From a virus (taxonomy: Duplodnaviria > Caudoviricetes), in IMG/VR virus record IMGVR_UViG_2551306162_000001, positions 30,473 through 94,472 of that record: DNA of 64,000 bases; one strand, given 5' to 3'. Under the pieces are notes generated by a model that worked only from the letters and a program-made list of their open reading frames with translations, ran no database searches and had not been told where the DNA came from. The translations under genes and the position numbers were made by a program. This document shows, piece by piece, positions 26,084 through 34,258 of this stretch. Position 1 is the stretch's first letter, and each line of letters starts with the position of its first letter.

Positions 26084-26229
26084 GGGCCTCGCGCGTCGAG
26101 CTTTCCGAGTTCACCACCTCGGCACGCCCCACCCCTCGGCCAGGGACGGCCCGACCAGCGCGATTCATCTGCACATATGCGGCCACAGCGGCTTGCCGGC
26201 GCATGCGTCAGGTAACGATCGAGGCAACG

Positions 26230-26270
26230 CCGTCCAATATCTTGCGTTCTATTCCAATGCACCGTAATGT
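26230..26270 (+). promoter_or_regulatory. rightward promoter in pentamer array
   Basis: TTGCGT-N17-TAATGT. Confidence 0.7.
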
Positions 26271-26323
26271 CGTCGTCAGCGGAACACGCCGCACCAGCCC
26301 CCACCGACACGGAAGGCCCCGAG

Positions 26324-26728
26324 ATGATCACCACCACCTACCGCCGCACCCGCGCCGCCCGCCTGGCTGCGGCCCGCATCATCGGCAAGCGCCTCGCCGG
26401 TGCCCAGGCCGTCCGCCTGGTCCGCGCCCTGCGCTCCCTCAACGGTGTGTGGGTGTCCGGCCAGATCGAGCGAGGCGAGATCATCACCGTGTCGCAGGCC
26501 ATGACCGCCCTCGGCGCCGACGCCGAGCTGGTGCGCCGCTTCGCCTCCCACGCGGGCAAGCGGATCAAGGCCGCCTGGATCGCCCACCACGGCGCGCACG
26601 AGCCGATGCGGATCTGGAAGTTCGTGCACGACCGCCCCCGCCAGGTCGCCGCCTACAAGCCCGCCGACCCCGCCATCCGCGACGGCCTCGCCGCCTACGA
26701 CCGCACCGCCCACCTCGTCGCCGCCTGA
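26324..26728 (+). CDS. basic hypothetical protein, first gene of rightward island
   Basis: RBS GGAAGG, GC3 bias. Confidence 0.6.
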   Translation: MITTTYRRTRAARLAAARIIGKRLAGAQAVRLVRALRSLNGVWVSGQIERGEIITVSQAMTALGADAELVRRFASHAGKRIKAAWIAHHGAHEPMRIWKFVHDRPRQVAAYKPADPAIRDGLAAYDRTAHLVAA

Positions 26729-26782
26729 CACCCCCACCCGGCCGGGGCACACCCGCCCCGGCCCCAACCCGAAAGGCACATC

Positions 26783-27055
26783 ATGAGCACCGAATTCGCG
26801 CCCGAACTGCTCACCTGGACCGCTCGGCCGATCCCCGGCGCCCCGGACCGGGAGGTCATGTTCACCGACCTGTCCTGCGCCGACGGCACCCTCCACGGCG
26901 TCGTTTTCCACCTCAACGGCGAGACCTGGGCGACCGTGATCGGGGTCGACGAGAACGGCACCGAGACCAACAGGGCGCTCGCCCACGGCCCGTTCACGCG
27001 AGACGACGCGAAGGACTGGGTCCGCGACACGCTCCTGCTGCTCACCGCCCCCTGA
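26783..27055 (+). CDS. hypothetical protein
   Basis: RBS GAAAGG. Confidence 0.6.
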   Translation: MSTEFAPELLTWTARPIPGAPDREVMFTDLSCADGTLHGVVFHLNGETWATVIGVDENGTETNRALAHGPFTRDDAKDWVRDTLLLLTAP

Positions 27056-27154
27056 CCGGTTGGCGGGGTCGACGCACAACGGCGTGCGGAAGGGACCAAC
27101 GACGCTCCCCCACAGACCCCGCCAACCCTCCACCGACCGACCGGAAGGACCGAC

Positions 27155-27379
27155 ATGAAACGCATCCGCATCGAAACCGGGTCCGACGTACGCCGCTGGG
27201 ACACCTACGAACTCGACGTGCCCGACGACTTCGACGGCGACACCGACGCCGGACAGCAGTACCTGCGCGACCGGCTCGGCGCCAACAGCGGCATCACCCT
27301 GGTCGACACGAGCTACGAGAACGAGTACGAGAAGTACCCGCCGGAGAAGGCGGACATCAACACCTGGACGGTGATCTGA
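27155..27379 (+). CDS. small acidic protein
   Basis: RBS GAAGGA; D/E-rich. Confidence 0.6.
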   Translation: MKRIRIETGSDVRRWDTYELDVPDDFDGDTDAGQQYLRDRLGANSGITLVDTSYENEYEKYPPEKADINTWTVI

Positions 27380-27565
27380 ATGCCTCGCATCTACCGCGTC
27401 GTCGGTGTCGACAAGGACGACGTCGTCCAGTTCGAGTGGGAGATGGCGACAGCGAGAAGCGCCCGGAAGGCGGCCGCAAGAGCGAATCGGCGCGCCGCCA
27501 AGCTCGACTCCCCGCACACCTGGCGCGCCGAGTACGCCGACATCGAGTGGAAGGCACTCCCGTGA
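27380..27565 (+). CDS. hypothetical protein
   Basis: Operonic packing. Confidence 0.5.
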   Translation: MPRIYRVVGVDKDDVVQFEWEMATARSARKAAARANRRAAKLDSPHTWRAEYADIEWKALP

Positions 27566-28044
27566 TCCTCGCACCCGCCGCCATCCCCGCCCTCGCCGCT
27601 GTCGAGATCGAGTACGGCAACGCCGACCTCGACGACCAGCCCGTCGCCGACCTGCAGCACACCCTCCACACCGCCTGGCTCGAGTACCGCCACCGCGCCA
27701 CCTCCAACCTCGACACCGAGGACCAGGCGTGGACCATCGGCCGCGTCGACGCCGCCCTCGCCCGCCACCGCGTCATCCGCGCCGAGATCATCGACGCCTA
27801 CCAGGTCCTCCACACGGATCTCGACGCGCACACCCCGGTCAGGATCGCCGACCTGCGTGCCGTCGTGCTCGACGCCACCTACTCGCGGCGCCGCCTGTTC
27901 GATCAGGCCATCGAGGCGCTCGGCCGGGAGGAGGGCGTGCATGTGCGGACCGAGGCCGACAGGAAGCGGCTGACCCGCTCCGACCATGACGCCGCGGTGA
28001 CGCTCGCCGGCACCCCGCGCCACCACCTGCTCATCGAAGCGTGA
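27562..28044 (+). CDS. hypothetical protein (wHTH-like C-terminus)
   Basis: VRIADLR...SR..FD.A...G..HHL. Confidence 0.55.
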   Translation: MILAPAAIPALAAVEIEYGNADLDDQPVADLQHTLHTAWLEYRHRATSNLDTEDQAWTIGRVDAALARHRVIRAEIIDAYQVLHTDLDAHTPVRIADLRAVVLDATYSRRRLFDQAIEALGREEGVHVRTEADRKRLTRSDHDAAVTLAGTPRHHLLIEA

Positions 28045-28055
28045 AAGGGACTCCC

Positions 28056-28468
28056 ATGACTGACATTCCCAGCTGGATCGAGGTGGGCGCGCCGGTGGCG
28101 TTCGTGGTCGCTGGCAGCTACGCCGCGTCCGTGGCGTTCGGCACCATCACCAAGATCGGCAAGAGGGACATCATGGCCGAGGTCGACGGCCGCGTCGAGC
28201 GCTTCAACGTCTCCCGGCGCACCGACTACGACGGCGTCGCCTGGCTGTCACGCAGCAGCGGCGGCCGCTGGTCCACCTTCCACGAGCTGGGCCCGGCCGA
28301 CTCGCCGCGCGCAGCTCACATGGCCGCGAAAGCCGGCAGGAGGCGGCCACCTACCGCATGGTCGCCACGTTCGAGAGCTTCCGCAACAGCAGCGAGGTCG
28401 CCGAGGCGAAGGTGCTGCGCGCGGCCGTCGACGAGTGGCTCGCCCTCCACGAGCGGCAGGAGAGCTGA
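28056..28468 (+). pseudogene. frameshifted hypothetical gene
   Basis: Coding-like frame switches near 28333; alternative frame RQEAATYRMV...ERQES* ends 28468. Confidence 0.5.
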
Positions 28469-28662
28469 CGTCAACTCCCCCAACATCACCTCGACCTGCC
28501 GTGTGTGCGCTCAGCTCGTGTTCTGGATCGAGTGTCCGACCGGCGGCTGGTGGGCGCACGACGAGCACCCCGACGACGACCACGACGCGGTCGCGCCGTT
28601 CGAGCCGAAGCAGCGCATGGACGACTCCGGCTGGCTGCACACCGTTCACCCGGGAACCGGCC

Positions 28663-28821
28663 GTGACCGCTGACGACCAGCCCACCGAGCGCCCGGACCT
28701 GGCGGCGTGGCGGAAGCGGGCCGAGCTTCGCCGTTCCAGCGCCGCCCAGCCGATCCCGTCCGGCAAGACCTACCAGCGCAAACCGAAACATCCCCAAGAA
28801 CAGGACAAACGAGATGGATAG
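28663..28821 (+). CDS. small basic phage protein
   Basis: ELRRSSAA.P......Y.RK.KH. Confidence 0.5.
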   Translation: MTADDQPTERPDLAAWRKRAELRRSSAAQPIPSGKTYQRKPKHPQEQDKRDG

Positions 28822-29248
28822 CGCCGAACCTCAGCCGCTGATCCCTGCCCCGGATGCCCCGCACGCCTACGTGGCCGTCAGGCGCATGCACAGCGTCAAC
28901 GCCGACCGGCCCGAGTGGGAGTACCCCGCTTACGTGGTTCCCGAGTGGGACCGCGAACGCATCGACGAACTCCGGCATTTCGGCTTCGCCCTCCTGCCGA
29001 TCGGCCCGGACGGGGACACCGGCACCCGTGCCGTCACCGAGCCGCGCAAGATCACCGACTTCGGCGAGTTCACGCACCTGCCCATCGGGACCGTCGTCGC
29101 GGGCACTGACACCGGCACCGTCTTCGAGCGCGTCGACTGCGGATGGATGCGGATGGGGCACAACATCCCCTGCTACCACTACGAGGTCTTCGAGCACGAC
29201 AAGGCCGCTGTCGTCCTGCGCATGGGGTCGGTGTCCGATGGCGCGTGA
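28814..29248 (+). CDS. hypothetical protein
   Basis: Operonic packing. Confidence 0.55.
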   Translation: MDSAEPQPLIPAPDAPHAYVAVRRMHSVNADRPEWEYPAYVVPEWDRERIDELRHFGFALLPIGPDGDTGTRAVTEPRKITDFGEFTHLPIGTVVAGTDTGTVFERVDCGWMRMGHNIPCYHYEVFEHDKAAVVLRMGSVSDGA

Positions 29249-29414
29249 CCGCGACACCCCGATCAGCCCGAATGCGTGTGGGTTGTGTGATGTCGACCGC
29301 GAGGAGCACCTCAACCTCTGGCACCCGGATGGGCCGGGCAGCGGCTGGCATCAGTGGATCGAACCGACCGACGCGCAACGCAAGCAACGACTCCTCGCTA
29401 GGAGAGCAGCATGA
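29238..29414 (+). CDS. small Zn-binding protein
   Basis: PNACGLC...H...H.W..P. Confidence 0.55.
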   Translation: MARDRDTPISPNACGLCDVDREEHLNLWHPDGPGSGWHQWIEPTDAQRKQRLLARRAA

Positions 29415-29785
29415 ACAGCGACGACCTGGCCAAGCTTCTCGACCCCGAGGCGTGGGCATTCGGTTGGTCGACCCTCGGCGAGGCGATCGAGATCCAGACC
29501 AGGCGCGAGCGGAGCCAGGTGTACGCCGAGCGCCTCATCGCCTCCGGATACACGGTGGTGAAACGTCCCACATGCGGGCCGCCCGAGGAGAAGACGAGCG
29601 GTGTCGTCGAGCCGCTCGTGCTGGAGGACCTGCGTCGCATGGTTGCCGCCACGCAGGACTGGTCGCCGGTCACGATCGTTCAGGTCGCACGGCTGGGCAG
29701 CACCCTCAATCCCAAGCGCGGCGCGTCCGTGCTGACCGCGGTACGGGGCAGCCTCGCCGCGCATCGAAAGCGAGACCTCAAATGA
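29411..29785 (+). CDS. hypothetical protein
   Basis: 4-bp overlaps. Confidence 0.5.
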   Translation: MNSDDLAKLLDPEAWAFGWSTLGEAIEIQTRRERSQVYAERLIASGYTVVKRPTCGPPEEKTSGVVEPLVLEDLRRMVAATQDWSPVTIVQVARLGSTLNPKRGASVLTAVRGSLAAHRKRDLK

Positions 29786-30342
29786 TGAAACCGCTGCTGT
29801 ACCTCGACGTCGACGGCCCGCTGAACCCGTTCGGCGCGAAGCCGGAGAAGCGTCCGGCCGGGTACGAAACCCACCGGCTGATGCCCGCTGAGTGGCTGGC
29901 CCGGCATCCGAACACCCCGCCCGAGCGGGTCACCCCGCTGCGTGTGTGGCTGAACACCGAGCACGGGCCGCGGCTGCTCGCCCTGGCCGGCGTGTTCGAG
30001 CTGGTGTGGGCGACCACCTGGGAGCACGAGGCCAACGCGATGATCGGTCCGCTGATCGGGTTGCCGGAGCTGCCGGTCGTCGAGTGGGACGATCGGCCGC
30101 GGCTGAACGTTTCGGGCACGTACTGGAAGACGCCCCAGCTGATCGACCATGCGGCGGGGCGGCCGTTCGCGTGGGTCGACGACTGCATCACCCGCCGCGA
30201 CCGCGAGTACGTGGACTGCTACCACGACGGGCCCGCGCTCCTGCGCTACGTCGACCCGGCGAAGGGGCTGCTCGACGACGACTTCACGACACTCGAGGCG
30301 TGGGGCACGTGTCAGTCCGGCGTGGCAGGATCGGCCGCATGA
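29782..30342 (+). CDS. HAD phosphatase (Swiss-army-knife RNA-repair-like family)
   Basis: LYLDVDGPLN, VWATTW, WK, AWVDD. Confidence 0.8.
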   Translation: MMKPLLYLDVDGPLNPFGAKPEKRPAGYETHRLMPAEWLARHPNTPPERVTPLRVWLNTEHGPRLLALAGVFELVWATTWEHEANAMIGPLIGLPELPVVEWDDRPRLNVSGTYWKTPQLIDHAAGRPFAWVDDCITRRDREYVDCYHDGPALLRYVDPAKGLLDDDFTTLEAWGTCQSGVAGSAA

Positions 30343-30908
30343 CCACCGACCCGCTCGACCAGCCGATCTACACGCGCCGAGACCTGATGCGGATCGGCCA
30401 CGCCCTCCTGCATGTCCCCCACACCGGGGAGATCGAGTTCACTGAGGGCCGCCCGCCCGCCGAGCCGACCCCCGACGTGCTGGTGTCGATGCTCGACCAG
30501 CTCGCCGGGATCCTGCGGGGGAAGATGGCCGCGCCGACCGAGGTCGAGAAGGCCGTGTGGGCGGCGTGGGGCGAGGTCGACGACAACGACCCGGCGCCGG
30601 TGAAACGGATCGCGGCGGCGCTCGGCATGACCCCGGCCGACGTGGCGTTCATCGTCTACCCGGCTGACGAGTTTGGGCCGTGGGACGACAGCCAGGAACC
30701 CGACCTCGAGGACGCTCATTTCGTGCCCGCCGCCGAGCAGGAAGACGACGCGCACGAGGACGACGAGCCGTGGACGTGCGATGTGTGCGACGAGCCCGCC
30801 GAGGTGATCGTGGTCCAGCCGAGCGAGGACGGCGGTCACCCGCATCCGCTGTGTGCCGAGCATGTCGAGCAGCTCGGCCGCGATCTCAAAGCCGACCGCG
30901 GCGACTAG
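30339..30908 (+). CDS. acidic hypothetical protein with HTH-like and Zn motifs
   Basis: VKRIAAALGMT; CDVC...C..H. Confidence 0.5.
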   Translation: MTTDPLDQPIYTRRDLMRIGHALLHVPHTGEIEFTEGRPPAEPTPDVLVSMLDQLAGILRGKMAAPTEVEKAVWAAWGEVDDNDPAPVKRIAAALGMTPADVAFIVYPADEFGPWDDSQEPDLEDAHFVPAAEQEDDAHEDDEPWTCDVCDEPAEVIVVQPSEDGGHPHPLCAEHVEQLGRDLKADRGD

Positions 30909-30918
30909 GGTGGCCCCG

Positions 30919-31095
30919 GTGAGTTTCCAGGTTGGTGACAAGGTCCGGCTAGGTGAGACGGTGTCCACCGTCTACGAGGTGGTCGAGTTCGACGACGACC
31001 CGGCGATCGTGAAGGTCGTGCGGGCGGATGCCGGCGAGCATCCGGGGGTGTATCCGCACTGGTGGCGGGCAGATCTGCTGCGGCCGGTGGAGTGA
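30919..31095 (+). CDS. small SH3/KOW-like protein
   Basis: FQVGDKVRL; TAGGGT-N7-GTG. Confidence 0.45.
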   Translation: MSFQVGDKVRLGETVSTVYEVVEFDDDPAIVKVVRADAGEHPGVYPHWWRADLLRPVE

Positions 31096-31131
31096 CGGCG
31101 ATTGGGGCAGTGAGGTTTTCACACCAACCCC

Positions 31132-31211
31132 TAGACAGGTCGTAAATTACGACCTATAGTTAGTGATGTCAGCAGGGCAGGCAAACGGCCAGCCCTCACC
31201 CCCAGAGGGAG
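31132..31211 (+). promoter_or_regulatory. promoter + palindromic operator + 5'UTR hairpin, copy 1
   Basis: TAGACA-GGTCGTAAATTACGACC-TATAGT; hairpin 31174-31196. Confidence 0.85.
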
Positions 31212-31217
31212 CATCCG

Positions 31218-31838
31218 ATGACCACCACCACCGCCGGCACCTGGAACAACCGCGTCGACAGCTACGCCGTGTCCGTCGGCCAGACCATCATCGAAAGCCT
31301 CGGCGAGTTCGCCAACGAATACGACATCGACGCCATCGAAGGCGAGTACCGCGCCGCGATCGACGCCGCGCTGCCCGAGGGTCTGCAGCTGGTCGGCGAC
31401 GAGTTCATCGCCGAGCTCGACGCCGACTACAGCGGCTACCCGGCCAGCGACGACGGCCGCCTCGACATCAAGGCCATCGTCGACGAGATCGATTTCTGGG
31501 CCATCGCCGAAAAGCACGAGGCCCCCTCCGTCTGGATCTACGAGGACAACTCCGGCGCCGTCTACATGGAGCGCGGAGGCGATGCCTGGGCGATCGGGCC
31601 GGTCACCGGCGACCTCGAGGGTCAGGCCACCGAGCACGCCAAGGCGTGGAACGCGCGCGACTGGGAGCCCAGCGAGGACGATGGCCAGACCCGCATCGCC
31701 GTCGCGCAGCTCGCCGACCTCGTCCACATCGCCACCTGGAACATCAACACCGGCCTCGACGTCGAGCGCGACGCCTACAGCGACCCCGTCGCGGGCGCCG
31801 GCGGCCGGGCGTTCCTCGGCGTCGACTCCGGCAACTGA
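31218..31838 (+). CDS. highly acidic protein, candidate anti-defence / DNA mimic
   Basis: D/E-rich 206 aa; directly upstream of Aca2-like gene. Confidence 0.6.
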   Translation: MTTTTAGTWNNRVDSYAVSVGQTIIESLGEFANEYDIDAIEGEYRAAIDAALPEGLQLVGDEFIAELDADYSGYPASDDGRLDIKAIVDEIDFWAIAEKHEAPSVWIYEDNSGAVYMERGGDAWAIGPVTGDLEGQATEHAKAWNARDWEPSEDDGQTRIAVAQLADLVHIATWNINTGLDVERDAYSDPVAGAGGRAFLGVDSGN

Positions 31839-31844
31839 CCCCAC

Positions 31845-31878
31845 ATGGCCGCTCGCCCTCCCCCGGGTGAGCGGCCAT
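31845..31878 (+). terminator. 14-bp stem-loop
   Basis: ATGGCCGCTCGCCC / GGGTGAGCGGCCAT. Confidence 0.55.
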
Positions 31879-31898
31879 TCCCACCTTAGGAGCGCCTC

Positions 31899-32330
31899 AT
31901 GCCCACCAACCCCGCCGAGACGTCGGAACTCGACCTAGAGGGCAACCCGATCGGACCGATGACCGCGGCCGAGTTCAAGGTCGTGCGTGAGTACCTCGGC
32001 CTGACCACGAGGTGGCTGTCCGAACAGTTCAACGTCGACGAACGCAGCGTGCAGCGCTGGGAGGGCGGGCAGCGCGTCATCCCCGAAGCTGTCCGCGAAG
32101 CCATGGAAGCCCTGGAGGCGCACGCCGGTGAGATGGTCGGACGTCTCGTCGCCGTGCTCAACGACATGGCCGAGCCCGCGGTGCTCACCTACCGCACCGA
32201 TCGCGAATTCCACCAGCACTTCCCCGAGGAGACCCGTCCGGCCGCGTGGCATCGGGCTGTGGTCGCCCGCGCGGTCCAGGAAGTGCCGGGCGTGTCGATC
32301 GACTACTGGAGCAGTGATGCAGCAGGCTGA
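31899..32330 (+). CDS. Aca2/YdiL (DUF1870)-like HTH regulator
   Basis: MTAAEFKVVREYLGL...RSVQRWEGGQRVIPEAV...YRTDREF...W.RAVVA matches the Aca2 layout. Confidence 0.8.
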   Translation: MPTNPAETSELDLEGNPIGPMTAAEFKVVREYLGLTTRWLSEQFNVDERSVQRWEGGQRVIPEAVREAMEALEAHAGEMVGRLVAVLNDMAEPAVLTYRTDREFHQHFPEETRPAAWHRAVVARAVQEVPGVSIDYWSSDAAG

Positions 32331-33261
32331 CAGTTTGGTGCCAGGCCAGCAGGTCAGCCTTGGCGAGGCGCTGAAACGAGCACCCGCAGCGCGTACATCG
32401 GCGGGACGCATCCGCGCGACCGCCCTGCCGAAGCTGCGCGACCAGACCCGCCAGTTCACCGCGGCGCCGTCCTACGACGAGAGCTCGGTCAGCGCCGAAC
32501 CGTTGCTGCCTCAGATCACGCGTCACCTGGAAATCTCCGAGTTGTACTGGGTTTCGGTCGACATGGCCGCACTGGCAGTGTCGGCCGGTGCGGCACTGGA
32601 TCTCGACGAGATCGACTTCGACGTCTGTCTCGCGCCGTCGCGCACCGGCCTGCTGCTGTTCGACGGCGGCGTCGGTGCGGTCACCTACGGAGACATCGAC
32701 TGCCCTGTCGATGCCGTGTCTTGGGGGCCGATGGCCGGTGGCCGTGGTCTGCTGTTGTGCTTCTACGTCGCCCGCTGGCGGATCCGCGACGGGCTGAGCG
32801 CGGCTGACATCCAGCTCGACGACACGTCCACCCCGCCGTTGATCCCGATCAGCACCACCGAAGACGTCGGCGCTACCGGTAGCGCCGACCGTCCCGCTGA
32901 CACAGTGCGGCGCGCGTTGATCGCGACCTGGCATCTGATGCAGCAGCCCACCGTGGCATGGACCGGCCGGGCCGAACCGGACAAGAAGACCGCTCGCGCC
33001 CACGCCCGGCTCGGCAAGGCGGTCGCCGAGGTCAACATCATCGACCTGCGCCGCCTCTATCAGGCGACCGACCCTGACCACGAGCCGGAGGAGAAACCCG
33101 GCCGGTACTCGCACCGATGGGTCGTGACCGGACACTGGCGCAACCAGCCCCACGGGCCGGACCGCGCGCAGCGCAAACGCATCTGGATCCCGGACCACGT
33201 GAAGGGCCCTGACGGCGCGCCGTTGCTGGTGCGCGAGCGGGTCAATGTGTGGCGCAGATGA
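32317..33261 (+). CDS. hypothetical protein with C-terminal GHWR motif
   Basis: YSHRWVVTGHWRNQPHG...WI..HVKGP. Confidence 0.65.
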   Translation: MQQADSLVPGQQVSLGEALKRAPAARTSAGRIRATALPKLRDQTRQFTAAPSYDESSVSAEPLLPQITRHLEISELYWVSVDMAALAVSAGAALDLDEIDFDVCLAPSRTGLLLFDGGVGAVTYGDIDCPVDAVSWGPMAGGRGLLLCFYVARWRIRDGLSAADIQLDDTSTPPLIPISTTEDVGATGSADRPADTVRRALIATWHLMQQPTVAWTGRAEPDKKTARAHARLGKAVAEVNIIDLRRLYQATDPDHEPEEKPGRYSHRWVVTGHWRNQPHGPDRAQRKRIWIPDHVKGPDGAPLLVRERVNVWRR

Positions 33262-33309
33262 TGGTTTCGGTCTGCGGCGGGGATTGTGTTCCGGGCTTTC
33301 CCGAGAGAC

Positions 33310-33387
33310 TTGACCGGTCGTAATTTACGACCTATAGTTGGGTCATCAGCGGGGCAGGCAACGGCCAGCCCCCACCCCCAGAGGGAG
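33310..33387 (+). promoter_or_regulatory. promoter + palindromic operator + 5'UTR hairpin, copy 2
   Basis: TTGACC-GGTCGTAATTTACGACC-TATAGT; hairpin 33351-33372. Confidence 0.85.
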
Positions 33388-33393
33388 ACCGAC

Positions 33394-33576
33394 ATGGACA
33401 CCAAGCTCGCCGCCAAGATGATCCCCACCATCGCCACCCAGGTCGCCGCCGCCAACACCTACCGCGCCGCCTGCGACGCCGAGACCTTCGCCCGCCGCGT
33501 CGCCCTGATCGCCTCCCCCCAGCAGGCCGCCGAGATCGACGCCCTCCTCGAGACCATGTGGGCCCGCAACCGCTGA
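33394..33576 (+). CDS. 60-aa helical protein under operator copy 2
   Basis: RBS GAGGGAG; MDTKLAAK... Confidence 0.65.
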   Translation: MDTKLAAKMIPTIATQVAAANTYRAACDAETFARRVALIASPQQAAEIDALLETMWARNR

Positions 33577-33583
33577 CCGGCCC

Positions 33584-33605
33584 GGCCCCCGCTCCGGCGG
33601 GGGCC
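33584..33605 (+). terminator. GC-rich stem-loop
   Basis: GGCCCCCGC-TCCG-GCGGGGGCC. Confidence 0.5.
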
Positions 33606-33626
33606 ACCCGGCGTTAGCCTGGCAGG

Positions 33627-33926
33627 GTGCCCGAGGACGACGACCCGATCCCGGCCGAGCAGGCCGCGGTCATGGCGGTGGTGATCGACCACATCGAGCC
33701 GGACCGGCCGCTCACCGCGGAGCAGCTGCACGCGCTCCTGGTCGCCGAGGTGGCCGACCCGCCGAGCCTGGCCGACGTCCGGGACGCGCTGGCGATCCTG
33801 GCCATGCCGCACGTCGGCTACCGGCCGGGTGAGCCTTCGGCTGTCGTGCTGGAGCGGATGCGAGACATGCTCGATGAGGCCGAGTCCGGGCCGCCGCCAA
33901 TCGACCTCGGCGACTTCCGGTACTGA
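33627..33926 (+). CDS. hypothetical protein
   Basis: TAGCCT-N6-GTG leaderless start. Confidence 0.5.
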   Translation: MPEDDDPIPAEQAAVMAVVIDHIEPDRPLTAEQLHALLVAEVADPPSLADVRDALAILAMPHVGYRPGEPSAVVLERMRDMLDEAESGPPPIDLGDFRY

Positions 33927-33949
33927 CCAGCCGCCGCTACGATTCGCTC

Positions 33950-34258
33950 ATGTGTTCGAATCCGATCGTGTGGCGGCTCGGCTCCACGACCGGCCTCGAC
34001 CCCAGCCAGCTCTACCGGGTCCGCGGCGGATGGGCCAGCCCCTCCCCCGCCGCCTGCCCGGCCGGCCACCCGCTCGGCCCGAACCGGGTCATCGTCGGCT
34101 CGGTCATGTGCCCCGACGTGCCCGGCACCGGCTGCCACCGCTCCTACCGGTGCCGCACCTGCGACGCGGTCATCCTGTGGCCGCCCGAGACCGCGGCCTG
34201 CGTGCACCGGCCATTCGACGGCCGATCAGTCCGCGATACCGGCGGCGTTCGCGAGTGA
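33950..34258 (+). CDS. Zn-binding hypothetical protein
   Basis: CPAGH...C....H...CRTC; TACGAT-N6-ATG. Confidence 0.55.
   Translation: MCSNPIVWRLGSTTGLDPSQLYRVRGGWASPSPAACPAGHPLGPNRVIVGSVMCPDVPGTGCHRSYRCRTCDAVILWPPETAACVHRPFDGRSVRDTGGVRE

Noticed and set aside
26071-28044. Long ORFs such as 657 aa (26071-28044), 745 aa (55879-58116) and 775 aa (52988-55315)
   Set aside because: High-GC off-frame extensions rich in R/P/A; the real genes start internally at overlap-coupled starts
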